The position numbers and the translations under genes were made by a program. DNA of 63,209 nucleotides, taken from a virus (Duplodnaviria; Caudoviricetes). This document shows positions 1 through 10,500 of this stretch, one piece after another. The stretch spans positions 1 to 63,209 of the IMG/VR virus record IMGVR_UViG_3300009181_000078. One strand, given 5' to 3'. Positions within the stretch are counted from its first letter, which is position 1; each line of letters opens with the position of its first letter. The notes beneath the pieces were generated by a model that saw only the letters and a program-made list of their open reading frames with translations, was not told the DNA's origin and did no database searches.

Positions 1-55
1 ATTCCATTCCATAGGCACAAACAATGCATATAAACCACTTTTTGTTTGCCCGTTG
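1..55. repeat. Terminal overlap with 63155-63209 (circular junction)
   Basis: 47/55 nt identical; both copies encode NGQTKSGLYALFVPMEWN on the minus strand. Confidence 0.95.
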
Positions 56-1152
56 GCATTACGAACCTTTACATTTGAATCTTCGTAAATATCTTTGTAG
101 TTCTGTCCTCCTTTTGAAAGTGCATTTGAGGTTGAACCCATCATACACTTGCCAATAATCTTACTACCCAAACGCAAACACGTTTTAGTTACACGCCAAT
201 TCTCTTTAATATTTACGGGCTTAGTCCACTTAGCAGACTCATCGTGAGCCAAGAACAATAACTTTTCTCCATCATAGGAGTTATCTTCGGTATTCTTCCA
301 ATCTATTGATGTATCCAATCCATCAATCTCATTGTCGTTAGACTCGTACATATTTTTCTTGGTAATCTTAGATGCCGGTACCCTAAATGCTAATTCAGTC
401 TTTGGCTTATCCATACCATCCATCACGGGTTTGAAAAAGAAAGGTAAACGACTATTGATTGGTACTACCTTATCCGTAAACATTTTTTTAGCATCAGCAC
501 CTGTTTTTGACAAGATACCTATACGTGCGTCACGTGCGAGCGTACCTATATTAATACATTCTGAAGATGACATAAATGAGAATCCCGAACGCCTAATTTT
601 AAGGTATATCATACCAAATGACCTTGGGTCTGCACGACAGGCTTCCCAAAATATCCAATAGATTCTATTAGCTTCACGGAAGTCAGGGTACCCAATGTCA
701 ATACTTGCCCACTGCAAGTACATATAGTGTGAGCCGGTTATGTAGGTTTTAACACCATTGTTCATAAACCAAGTACCCTGCTCCCTGTAGTCAAACTCTT
801 GCTCGATGTAGTCGACCCAACGGGTTTTAAATTCTTTTGGTTTTTCGTTCCACTGAAATATGGATTGTATTTTAAACAACTCTCGGGGTAGTTCGTGACG
901 CTCCCAATATTGTTCAGCTTTAGTGGAGTGTCTTTGAAGACACTTATCAGGGGTAGCAGGAAGAGCAATAAATAACTCTTCTATTTCTACTATCTGCCCT
1001 ATCTGTCCGGTTTTTGAAATTACAATAACATTGTACTGAGGATTGTAGCCATATAGCCACGACCTCACCCTGTTTTTATTAGAGATGACAGCAGCCGGTA
1101 TATGGTTCTCCACTATACGGCATAAACTATTGCTTTGACCTTCTTTCTGCAA
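1..1152 (-). CDS. terL: Terminase large subunit, N-terminal ATPase half (continues at 63154 through the circular junction); start uncertain (TTG 1152 or GTG 1113)
   Basis: Absent from the ORF track because it runs off the window. My translation gives an open frame ...YLKIRRSGFSF (Walker A-like)...LLFLAHDESAKW (Walker B)...GSTSN...LYALFVPMEWN, which joins the ORF at the other end. Confidence 0.9.
   Translation of the reverse strand, partial: MQKEGQSNSLCRIVENHIPAAVISNKNRVRSWLYGYNPQYNVIVISKTGQIGQIVEIEELFIALPATPDKCLQRHSTKAEQYWERHELPRELFKIQSIFQWNEKPKEFKTRWVDYIEQEFDYREQGTWFMNNGVKTYITGSHYMYLQWASIDIGYPDFREANRIYWIFWEACRADPRSFGMIYLKIRRSGFSFMSSSECINIGTLARDARIGILSKTGADAKKMFTDKVVPINSRLPFFFKPVMDGMDKPKTELAFRVPASKITKKNMYESNDNEIDGLDTSIDWKNTEDNSYDGEKLLFLAHDESAKWTKPVNIKENWRVTKTCLRLGSKIIGKCMMGSTSNALSKGGQNYKDIYEDSNVKVRNANGQTKSGLYALFVPMEWN
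928..943. repeat. 16-bp palindrome copy 1 (GTGTCTTTGAAGACAC), inside terL
   Basis: Exact 7-2-7 inverted repeat shared with 8 other sites. Confidence 0.9.
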
Positions 1153-1414
1153 ATCCTTGTTTTGTGTCTGTTTTACTTATTCCTCTATCTACGGAGTCAA
1201 GATTTTCTTTCTCCGCTTCTATTCTACTTAGTATCTCAAACGCATCAAAGATGGCTAACTTCTTAGCTGCTGCTGCGTTCTTCATTTTGTCTGCAGATAC
1301 ATCTGTATCTGAATCGGTATTGATAATATCTTCCTCAGCCACTTTCACAAGATGACTAACGGCTTTGTATCCGGCTTCAATGATTCTTAGCTTTATCTCT
1401 TTAGTATCTCTCAT
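1127..1414 (-). CDS. Probable terminase small subunit
   Basis: Small helical protein directly upstream of and overlapping terL; positional inference. Confidence 0.5.
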   Translation of the reverse strand: MRDTKEIKLRIIEAGYKAVSHLVKVAEEDIINTDSDTDVSADKMKNAAAAKKLAIFDAFEILSRIEAEKENLDSVDRGISKTDTKQGFAERRSKQ

Positions 1415-1887
1415 TACTTAACCTTTAAGAATATTACTTGAACCAATCTTGCAGTTTCTGCCTCTCCAAAGTTATGAAATAAATTCCTCGAGTGTGGAGC
1501 GTCTGAGTTAAAGGCTATCATACGATTAAACTTAGAATACATTGTAATCAACGCTTTCTTGTCTTCATCGTAAACAGTTGTCCCATCATCCTCGGGTGCT
1601 TGCTCGTTTAAGTAAAGCAAACAGGTAATATCACCCATCATTTCATCCGTATGTACAAAATTTGGTTCTTCTTGGTTCAATGGTGACTTCCTGATGAAGT
1701 TTAAATCTACTTTGTAACCAAGAAATAGTTCAGTAACGTATTTGGCAAACTCATCGTTCTTGTCTCGTGGCTGAATGTTTTTGAAAGTGTATTCACCATC
1801 TGCCACGTCTTGAAACCCGTGCAAGTGTATATCTGATACATATGATAATGGGTCTTTAATAATGTTGTCGAATGTAATTAGATTCAT
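1414..1887 (-). CDS. 2-oxoglutarate/Fe(II)-dependent oxygenase
   Basis: HxD (VHTD), LLYLN, GT, FNRM, distal H (PHSR) and R (ARLVQVIF) of the DSBH 2OG-Fe(II) fold. Confidence 0.8.
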   Translation of the reverse strand: MNLITFDNIIKDPLSYVSDIHLHGFQDVADGEYTFKNIQPRDKNDEFAKYVTELFLGYKVDLNFIRKSPLNQEEPNFVHTDEMMGDITCLLYLNEQAPEDDGTTVYDEDKKALITMYSKFNRMIAFNSDAPHSRNLFHNFGEAETARLVQVIFLKVK

Positions 1888-2447
1888 AATTTGATTGTTA
1901 TTTGGTGGTCGTACATCCTATATAACTTTTCGTCATCTACTGTAAACTCATATTCACTATCCGGGGAAAAGCATACCATATCTCCTGCTTTGATACCACG
2001 CTCAAGTAAATACTCGTTAGGATATTTCATTATACCCATTAAGGGCTCTTCTGAGAATGGCTTCTTGATATAGCTTTCTGTAGCGGGAATAGGTTTAACA
2101 AAACAGTATCTATCGTAAGCGTTCCACGTTGAGTCTTGCTTATACATATAGAACTGCTCAGTCTCAATAAAGAATAGGTCGTCTTTAAAAAAAGACTTGC
2201 CACTCTTCTGCCTACCCCTCATATCGTTGTAAAACTTGAATACGTTATGGTGCACAAGTAAAGTGTCACCTTCCCTGATAGGACCTTTGTAACCCAATGG
2301 AAGTTCAACGACCTCTGCAAATCGGTTAGAGAACTTATGGTCCTCCTCAGAAGTGCTGACAATAAAGTCAACACCTCCTATCTCTTTTGTATTGTCGTAC
2401 CTTCTTCCATTCACAGGTTTAGCTATGAAGTAGAATGGAGACTGCAT
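1884..2447 (-). CDS. Tandem GroES-like domain protein
   Basis: Two ~90-aa halves, each with a FxxKP start and an IxxGDxV/L motif; the second ends EYEFTVDDEKLYRM, as in Cpn10. Confidence 0.6.
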   Translation of the reverse strand: MQSPFYFIAKPVNGRRYDNTKEIGGVDFIVSTSEEDHKFSNRFAEVVELPLGYKGPIREGDTLLVHHNVFKFYNDMRGRQKSGKSFFKDDLFFIETEQFYMYKQDSTWNAYDRYCFVKPIPATESYIKKPFSEEPLMGIMKYPNEYLLERGIKAGDMVCFSPDSEYEFTVDDEKLYRMYDHQITIKL

Positions 2448-2674
2448 TAGATGTTTATGTTATATTCAATTGAAATAGGAATGGTGGAGGTGAACTCTTT
2501 CCAAAGCACCACCTCCGCCTTCTCGTTTATGATAAAGATTTGAATAGACTCTTTCTCAGGATTAAGCCTGATAAGGTGAATTTCGTTAGTATCGCCAAGG
2601 ATTTTCTGACCTACAATATAGTGCATAGCACCGCCTTTGTAGTCGGGTCCTATTGATATTTTACGAATATCCAT
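2447..2674 (-). CDS. Hypothetical phage protein
   Basis: Translationally coupled ORF in the late operon. Confidence 0.7.
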   Translation of the reverse strand: MDIRKISIGPDYKGGAMHYIVGQKILGDTNEIHLIRLNPEKESIQIFIINEKAEVVLWKEFTSTIPISIEYNINI

Positions 2675-3075
2675 TATAATTCTACCTCTTCCTCTTTAAC
2701 AAACGTAATACCTGTAGTCCAATCTTCAAGAAATGTAAACAATTCTAAGCCATTGGTGTTAATAACTTCAATAGGCTTAAAGTCAAATTCTTTCTCGTTT
2801 AAAGTCTCAATGTCCTTAGTTAGTTTTTTAACGCCTTCTTTGTTGAATTTATACTCTCCTTTCTCATCTGTTAAAAGGATTCCTTTTTCGTCAACAGCAG
2901 CATTGTCTAAACGTAATTCATCACGTTGCTTATTATAGTCTTCGTGAGCAGGTTTTACCTTCTCGTACAACTTGAATAACTTTTTCTGAACTTTTGTTTC
3001 TTGTTTTCCAATAACATTGTTAATGGAGTTGACCAATGCATTTAGGTCTTTGTACTTCTTTTTTGTTTGTTCCAT
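2674..3075 (-). CDS. Hypothetical protein (charged, helical)
   Basis: ORF preceded by an AAATCAAATCAAATG leader. Confidence 0.7.
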   Translation of the reverse strand: MEQTKKKYKDLNALVNSINNVIGKQETKVQKKLFKLYEKVKPAHEDYNKQRDELRLDNAAVDEKGILLTDEKGEYKFNKEGVKKLTKDIETLNEKEFDFKPIEVINTNGLELFTFLEDWTTGITFVKEEEVEL

Positions 3076-3140
3076 TTGATTTGATTTTAATATAACTATG
3101 CTTATGCATAGTTATGTAAAAGTAATGAATATTTATTGAA

Positions 3141-3491
3141 CTATGCAATAGTTTCCTCAACAATTGGTGTAGGTTCAGGTGTAGGTTCAGGAGGTACCGG
3201 TGGTACATATTCTCCTGTAATAGTAAGTTTTAATTGTTCTGCAATCCAATTATAAGCATAATCATTATTATCCCAATCTTGGTATGTTTGACCATCCATA
3301 ATTAAAGTACCATTGTTAACAATTATCAACTCTTCCATATATGGGTTTTCAGGATTTACCACAACTTCTATTAACTGATAGGAAAATGTTCCACTTGTAG
3401 ATAAATTATCATAACTACAGTTTGAGGCAAGAACAGTGGCTTCCACTGCTGCCCCTTGGAACCAAACTGATACGGGTTGAATTGTTTTCAT
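3141..3491 (-). CDS. Hypothetical tail-fibre-associated protein, Pro/Glu-rich C-terminus
   Basis: Lies downstream of the fibre genes; function inferred from position only. Confidence 0.55.
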   Translation of the reverse strand: MKTIQPVSVWFQGAAVEATVLASNCSYDNLSTSGTFSYQLIEVVVNPENPYMEELIIVNNGTLIMDGQTYQDWDNNDYAYNWIAEQLKLTITGEYVPPVPPEPTPEPTPIVEETIA

Positions 3492-3657
3492 TTTATTTTA
3501 TTTTTTAAATTTTGGATAAAAATTTTCCATTACACTATCCTGATAATTAAACTTAACAGGTACACTGTATGAAATATTTGTGTTAAGTAATATATAACTT
3601 ATTATTAGTATAAATAATAAAGTTATAATGTTTTTTACTGTTTTTAAATTAATTAAA

Positions 3658-4566
3658 CTAATCATATCTTAATCTTGTATTTGCATTTATACTATCAATA
3701 TCAGTATAATAAATATAAGCAGGATAAGTAGCTATATATCCTATATTTCCTTCTAACCAATTATTATAACGAAGTCCTGCAAAACAAGACCAACTTGAAC
3801 TTGTTGTTACACTTGTTGTTATTGGAGAATAAGTTATACTATATCGTACCCCATCAATATATATATATAAAGTAAATTGATTACCAAAAACACCATAAGT
3901 TAATGCTACCATATACCACTTACCTGATACAAAAGCAGGTACGCCTCCGGTTCCAAATGTTAAACCTACAGTTGCAGGAGAACCTGATGTGCCATCCCAT
4001 CTTTGATAATTTATAGAAGTACCACTTACATTTGATATATATATTGAATGTCCTATTGGTGTAGAGCCACTTCTTCCTTCACAAGAAATTATTCCATTAT
4101 AACTTGAACCAAAACTTGTATTTCTAAACCAAGCAACCCAAGTAAATGCAGATGTACCACCATACTTTGCCACATCATTTAATCGTATAGCATATTGTGC
4201 TGAACCTTGTGTTGCTATATTTCCGGGAAAAGCAGTTGAATAACCTGTTACATTTGTAGCAGTTCCATTTCCTGTACCTGTTACAAATGTTCCTGTTCTA
4301 CCATTTCCACTTGTGTCAATAATATTACTTGAACTTGTAGGGAATCTATTACTCAATCCAAAATCGTGCAATATATCGGGACTTCCATTTTTATATCCGT
4401 ATCCCGGATAACTATAAAAACTACTTATACTATTTGGCGTAGCAGTTTTTCCTGCTAATATAGCTAATTTTCTTAATGAATAAGGCGTAACAACTCCTAC
4501 AGAATTAGCACCGTCTGTTGAACCAATTCTTGCTAATCCTAAAGGTCCGCTTGCAGGTAGTGCCAT
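3658..4566 (-). CDS. Concanavalin A/LamG-like lectin domain virion protein
   Basis: FTWVAWF...GKWYMVALTY...LYIDG...GNIG pattern typical of LamG; short MALPASGPLGL anchor. Confidence 0.75.
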   Translation of the reverse strand: MALPASGPLGLARIGSTDGANSVGVVTPYSLRKLAILAGKTATPNSISSFYSYPGYGYKNGSPDILHDFGLSNRFPTSSSNIIDTSGNGRTGTFVTGTGNGTATNVTGYSTAFPGNIATQGSAQYAIRLNDVAKYGGTSAFTWVAWFRNTSFGSSYNGIISCEGRSGSTPIGHSIYISNVSGTSINYQRWDGTSGSPATVGLTFGTGGVPAFVSGKWYMVALTYGVFGNQFTLYIYIDGVRYSITYSPITTSVTTSSSWSCFAGLRYNNWLEGNIGYIATYPAYIYYTDIDSINANTRLRYD

Positions 4567-7500
4567 TAGTTTTTAATTTTAAGTTCGTCAATTTGTTTTT
4601 GCTGCTCTTTCATTGCTTCAATTAATAATCCAACCATATTTCCATAAGCTACACCTAATGTTCCATCTGAACTTTCATTTATAACCTCAGGTATTATTTT
4701 TTGAATTTCTTGTGCAATTACACCTATTTTCTTTTTCTTATTTTCTGTATCTATTCTATTATAGCTAACACCTCTTAATGACATAACCTTATCTAATGCA
4801 CCTGTTATTGTTTCAATATTTGTTTTAAGCCTTTCGTCTGAATATGCAATAACATCTCCTGTTGCTGTTAAATTACCTGAAGTATCTAATTGCATTCCAA
4901 GCGTATTTTGGTTTACATATATGCTATACGCATTTCTTGTAAATACCTTGCCTTCACCACCCTCTTGATAAATCATCACGTGGTCAAAAAATGTGTTAGT
5001 TACTCCTGTCCAACTAACAAAACGCCATTCAATATATCCACCTCCTGTAATTGTAAATGGAAGTTTTATATATTGCCAAGTGTTACTTGCATCAAACATA
5101 TTAGGTAGTACACTAATTGCAAAACCAATACAGTTTGCACCAACTATATCAAGTTGTCCAAGATAAGAGCCTGAAGCATTACTTGCAACTTTTAATCTAA
5201 AATATGCAGTATAGTTACCCGGAGGAAATGATGTATAGTTCCCATAGAAGAAAGTGCTACTACCTCCCGATTTTTGCAATGCATATCCATTTGTTGCTGT
5301 TGAGTCTGCAATAGTTGTTGTATCAGCATTATTTATTTGGTCGTAATTAAGTATATATACTAATTGACTTTGCCCATTCCAATACAATCTATCAGAACCT
5401 CTTATTGAACCATTAACATCAAGATTATAAGAAGGGTCTTTACCAATACCTAAACTATTTGCAAATCTTCCATTTTGGTTAGTCTGAAGTGTTAATGCTG
5501 TTGTACCATTTGTTTTGAATTGGATAGCATTTGCAGTATTTGTTTCCATTGTAACAAACCCACTACCATAAGATAAAGCACCTATTCCACTATTCCAATT
5601 GAATGTTGATGCTCCTACACTTGAAGTAAAGGTAGCACCACCACCACTTGCTATTGTAAGTCTTGTAGCAGGAGTTCCTCCTGATGTTGTCCAAAAAACT
5701 AAATCAGTAGGATTGTTTGATGCAGCACCATTGTTAGCATAAATACCTGCACCCCCTATAAATGTTGTTGTACCTCCGTTATTAGAAACAGTTAATGAAG
5801 TAGATGTAGCACCAAATGAAATTCCTGATACTTTTGGATAAGAACCACCTGTACTATGACTTGCAGCAATAGTTGAACCACCTTGAGAAGTATAAACATC
5901 TAACATTGCATTAGGGCTAACAGTTCCTATACCTACATTGCCTGCTAAATAATTTCTATCACTTCCACTTGCTTGATATATTCCATATTTATTAGTAACA
6001 GTTGCACTACCTACGCTTGTTGAGTCAATATATAAAGCGTAAGAATTTGTAATAGTACCTGTTCCAAAATTATTGTTTAAATATAATCCATAAATATTAG
6101 CCCCTGTATATGTAAATGTTGGATTTATTACTGCTCCAAATACTTTTCCGCTTGTTGTTCCACTAATTTCAAACCATCTATCACTTGGAACTGCACCTCC
6201 ATTAATTGACATAGGAGCATTGAATATGCTTCCATAATAAAAAGTTGCAATGCCATTTGTATCAATTTGCATTCTTTTTATACCACCTAAAGCGTGAGTT
6301 GTAGCAGTATATGTCCAAAATTGAATAGACGTAGCAGGATTAGCTTCATATATACTACCACCAATTATGATATCATTTGCAGTAGAAGAAGTATATGCTC
6401 CAATAACTGAAAATCCTTGTGGATTAGACGAACTGTTATATTGAGTACTTACTAAGTAAGACCATTTAGCAGTAGAGTCATTTACAACTCCCATTCTTAT
6501 TGTTCCACCTGCTGTATTTCCATAAGCATTTACACGAAGAAAACTTCCAACAGTTACATCTGAACCACTATCAATAATAACACTATTACCTATAGCACTA
6601 CTACTTGTAAATTTAGGAACATAGTTAGTTGTTCCACTTCCTGTAATTGAACCACTTCCAATCGTTTGGGTAGACAAATTACCACTTGCATCAGCAACAA
6701 CCATTCTTGTACCTGTACCTGCTAAATTATTAAAAGTAATTATTCCTGAATCAGCAACTAATACATTATTTGCATTATTTGCATAATTTTGAAAAGCAAT
6801 GTATCCACCACTTACAGATGGTCTTAATACTGTTGAATTACCTGTATCAGTAGTTAATACAGTTTGAGCAACACCACTTGTATTTTTGAATTGTAAATAA
6901 GTATTATTTGGTAATATAACTGTACTATTAAATGTAGCTTCCCCACTACTACCAATAGTAAATCTAACACTACCTGCTGTGTAAAAAACTAAGTTAGCAG
7001 TTCCTGAACTATAACTAACTGTTTTAAGAGCCATACCCCAATATGGATTATAGTTAGATATTGACGAAGCCCAAGAATAACCAATAGGAATAAAAGCATC
7101 ATTCGTTGTTGTTGCAGCATCTACTATAATTCCTCTTGAGTTTAATAACGTTGTACTTGCAGTAGTTAATATTGATGTAGAGGAAATATTTGCAGAAGCA
7201 AATGACGCAGCACCTGTATTAGAAATAGAAGCAACTGTTGCTGTATCTGTTGAATTATTAATGCTTAATTGTGTACTTCCTGTATATAGATAATTAAATG
7301 AACTACCATTACTTGCAAACATTCGTGAAGAACCTACATAATGAACAACTCCTGATGTGAATGTTGTACTTCCTGTAGCACTAACAGTCATAAGACTTGC
7401 CCAAGCACCACCATAAGCCTTATACCCAAGAGTATAAGCATTTACATTTGATGTTGAGTTTAATGCACCACCCAAATCAATACTCCAAGACGATAATGAG

Positions 7501-10500
7501 TTAGCTTGATTATAGTTTGATGCAATCATCATACCGTTATAACTTGAACTAACACCTGCATTTGTTCTTATCTGACTTTCTGCTCCATTCTTTGAGTATA
7601 TGTAAATTACATTATCAGCAGCAGTAGAACTACCAAGAAAAAAATCCTGCCCTCTAAATTTACCATTCCCATTAACATCAAGTAATTGGGTAGGAGTAAT
7701 ACCTATACCAACACTCCCATTTGTGAAATTTGTTGCAGATGACCTAATATATAATGGCACATATCCACTTACACCTCTATCTTGTGATGAAACATAAGAA
7801 ATGCCACTTAAGAAAAATAATTCTAAACCTGCACCTGTTCCACCACCATCATAACCCATTGCACGAATACTACCATTTACATCCAATTTATTTACGGGAC
7901 TAATTCCTATTCCAATATTACTACTTGACTCTTGTATAACACTATCTCCTATTGCATTTGCAGCAGTAAACTTAGGAATATAATTAGTTGTACCTGAAAT
8001 GTTTGCTGTGGTCATTACCGTAGCACCTCTCCAAGTTAATGCACCTCCATTAATTGCTCCAAGAGAATTATTTGAAGATAAACTAAAATTAATATAACCT
8101 CTATCCGAATTTTGATTACCTGCAACAAACATTGTATTTGCTACATTATTATCTGAAATTGTTGCATCATCTCCAACAATAATTCCAATTCCCCCATTAA
8201 CTAATGTAATAGGTCCTGTCATTGTACCACCACTTAAAGGAAGATAACCACCTGTAACTGATGGTGCTTTGCTATTAAACGTAGTCCAATCAGCAGCACT
8301 CAATGCTCCTCTATTTGTAGCTGATGCTGTTGGTACATTTAATGTAATAACAGGAGTTGTAGTGCTATTAGCAACTGTACTTGACAAATCTGTCCCTGTT
8401 GTTCCAATAGTCAAAGCAGCTACTGACGTAACTGTTCCAACTCCTGCACCACCTACTAAAGCTATTGTACCTGTTGCTCCCGGAAGAGTATATGTATAGG
8501 TTCCATTAGTGATGGTTGAACTCAAAGTAAGTTGACCTACTACCCTAAGAGTCCCATTAATGTCAACCATAAATGCCGAAGGTGTAGTTGTTCCAACTAA
8601 AATTTGACCTCCACTTGGTTGTAACCTTAATGCACCTGAAGCTATTGATGTGCCGTAATATGTTTGAACCTGACCCCAAGCTGCTGTGCTTGTACCTCCA
8701 ACTGATTGGATAAAAAATCCTGCATTACCACCTGATGCCGGATTAGCATCAATCAGCACAAATTGTGCTGCAACTCCTGATGTGTTTTTTACAATGAATC
8801 CTCCATTGACATCTAACTTAAATTGAGTGTTGTCATACGGAGCATTGGTATTAATACCTATACTGCTACCTCCATCATAAGCTATACTATTTGTTATAGT
8901 ATATGAGCCATTAATTTTTGGTAAGTATCCTGATGTCCAAGTGCCACTTGCAAGAACCGGATTAGTTAATGCCGCCTGCTTATTATTAAACGTATTCCAA
9001 TCAGTGCTACTTAAGTATCCATTGCTTGCAGTACCTGACTGAGTAATGCTTATAGCACCTGTTCCACTATTATAACTAATAGGAGCCGTTCCACTTAATG
9101 ACGCTAATGTAATGTAGTTAGAGCCATTTGTAATTTGATTGTTATTGGTAGGAATTGTTATAACACCTGTAGTGCTATTGTAAGCACCACTACCTGCAGT
9201 AAACGACAATGCAGCACGTGCACGTGTGTTAGTGTAATACAAGTTTGTAGTTCCCTCAGGAATATTATCAGTAGTTAAACTAACCGCACCTGTAAATCCA
9301 TTTACGCTCACTACAGCGTCAGTATTGTCTACCTGCTGCCACGCTGTCCCGTCAAATATTGCCCAATCTCCCACGAACCAATCTGTGATTCCATCAAGGT
9401 TTGTTGTGCCGGCAACTGAAACGATATAGTACCATCCTCTTGTACCAACACCACTTGCTAAAGTTGGCGTGTTAGTAGAAGCATTCCAAGTACCCTTGTA
9501 TATTGTGCTACCAATCAAACTATTGATTTGATTCTGTAGTTTACCAAATCCTGTAAGGATACTATCGGTATCAACTACTGTTCCTCCGGTAATATTAATA
9601 CCTGTAAGAACTTTTGCAGTCACTGCTGAGTTGCTTAATGTAACTGAAGCAGCACCCGGACCTGTTGCCGTAGCCTCACCCGTTAATGAGGTAATGTAAT
9701 TACCTGCTGCTTGCTTATTATTAAAAGTAGTCCAATCTGCAGCACTTAAAAATCCTGCTTGACTACCACTTGATTGTTGAATTGTAATGTTTGGAGTTGT
9801 ACCACCACTTGATGCCAATGGTGAAGTAGCTGTTACACCACTTACCTTACCATTAAATGTTGACCAATCTGCTGAACTTAAAGCACCACGATTAGCGGCA
9901 CTTGCAGTAGGTACGTTTAAAGTAATTACAGGAGTTGTTGTTCCTGTAGCCACGCTTGAACTTAAATCAGTTCCTGTCGTACCTAATGTCAATGCAGCTA
10001 CTGATGTAACTGTCCCAACACTCCAACTTCTGTCAGCACTTAAGTCATAAGATGTACCATTAATATTTAATGTTCTTGATGTAGGTACATAACCACTTAA
10101 AGCAGCACCATAGTTAGGAATGTTAAATACCCCTGTCGTGCTATTGTAAGTAGATGCTCCACTTGAACCTGTAGTTGTTAAACTAACAGCCGCTCTTGCT
10201 CTACTATCTAAATAATATAAATTTGTTCCTTCAGGAACTAATGTAGTTGTATAATCTCCTGACACAGCAATAACTGCACCTGTTCTTCCAAATACACTTG
10301 ATACACCCGTTGTTAATCCACTAATATTCCCATTTAATTTTTGTATTGCAGTTAAAAGAGAATCAGTTGCTGATATTGTTCCTGCTCCACTTACATATCC
10401 TGTAAGAGTAGATGCTATTGCACGAGCATTGGTAAAGTAAAGATTAGTTCCTTCAGGAACTGCTGTAGTATTTAATGTTTGAAAAGTTTTATCTCCTCTA

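Noticed and set aside
1-55. True direct terminal repeat or att site
   Set aside because: It lies mid-terL, is imperfect at silent positions, and there is no integrase or host DNA; more consistent with an assembly junction.
928-943. 16-bp palindrome as canonical parS
   Set aside because: It does not match TGTTTCACGTGAAACA, and no ParA/ParB is recognisable.
332-968. ORFs 332-661 (+) and 762-968 (-)
   Set aside because: Shadow frames of terL; the same applies to the many short antisense ORFs inside large genes.
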